From contig NC_087437.1 of assembly GCF_036321535.1 (NCBI RefSeq), positions 56,484,001 to 56,548,000 of the forward strand: DNA of 64,000 bases. Direction: 5' to 3'. Below the pieces are notes generated by a model, which made no database searches, had not been told where the DNA came from, and saw nothing but the letters and a program-made list of their open reading frames with translations. The first letter of the stretch is position 1. Every line of letters starts with the position of its first letter. The stretch comes from Camelus dromedarius (Eukaryota). This document shows, one piece after another, positions 63,966 to 64,000 of this stretch. The position numbers were made by a program, and so were the translations under genes.

Positions 63966-64000
63966 TGTCCTTTATTTGTCTCATTACAGACCTTTCACAA

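Noticed and set aside
1..64000. CRISPR array, operon or other prokaryotic system; second protein-coding gene downstream of IL1RAP
   Set aside because: The sequence is clearly mammalian. I found no repeat-spacer arrays and no further exon-like coding segments on either strand.

Overview
Mammalian genomic DNA, very probably camelid (camel/alpaca), judged from a Vic-1-like tRNA-derived SINE and a young L1 tail family. Positions ~1-19.8 kb hold the 3' end of IL1RAP (interleukin-1 receptor accessory protein) on the + strand. It comprises the transmembrane exon (7225-7368), the first TIR exon (8671-8814) and two alternative, paralogous terminal exons: the canonical AcP exon (11304-11671, poly(A) signal ~14581) and the AcPb exon (18482-19200, poly(A) signal 19761). 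The remaining ~44 kb is intergenic and mostly L1, L2, CR1/L3, MIR, MaLR/ERV-L and DNA-transposon relics. The three most unusual observations are: (i) the expected splice acceptor of the TM exon reads AA instead of AG, and an in-frame TAG 6 nt downstream appears to rescue it; (ii) a second reading frame in the TM exon, matching the soluble AcP-beta tail, is still open; (iii) a ~210-bp inverted repeat encloses an inverted L1 5'UTR and also duplicates flanking DNA, with a sharp identity gradient along its arms. I found no evidence for a new protein-coding gene or a wholly new system. Repeat family names and human comparisons are from recollection, not database searches, and repeat boundaries are approximate unless TSDs are given.
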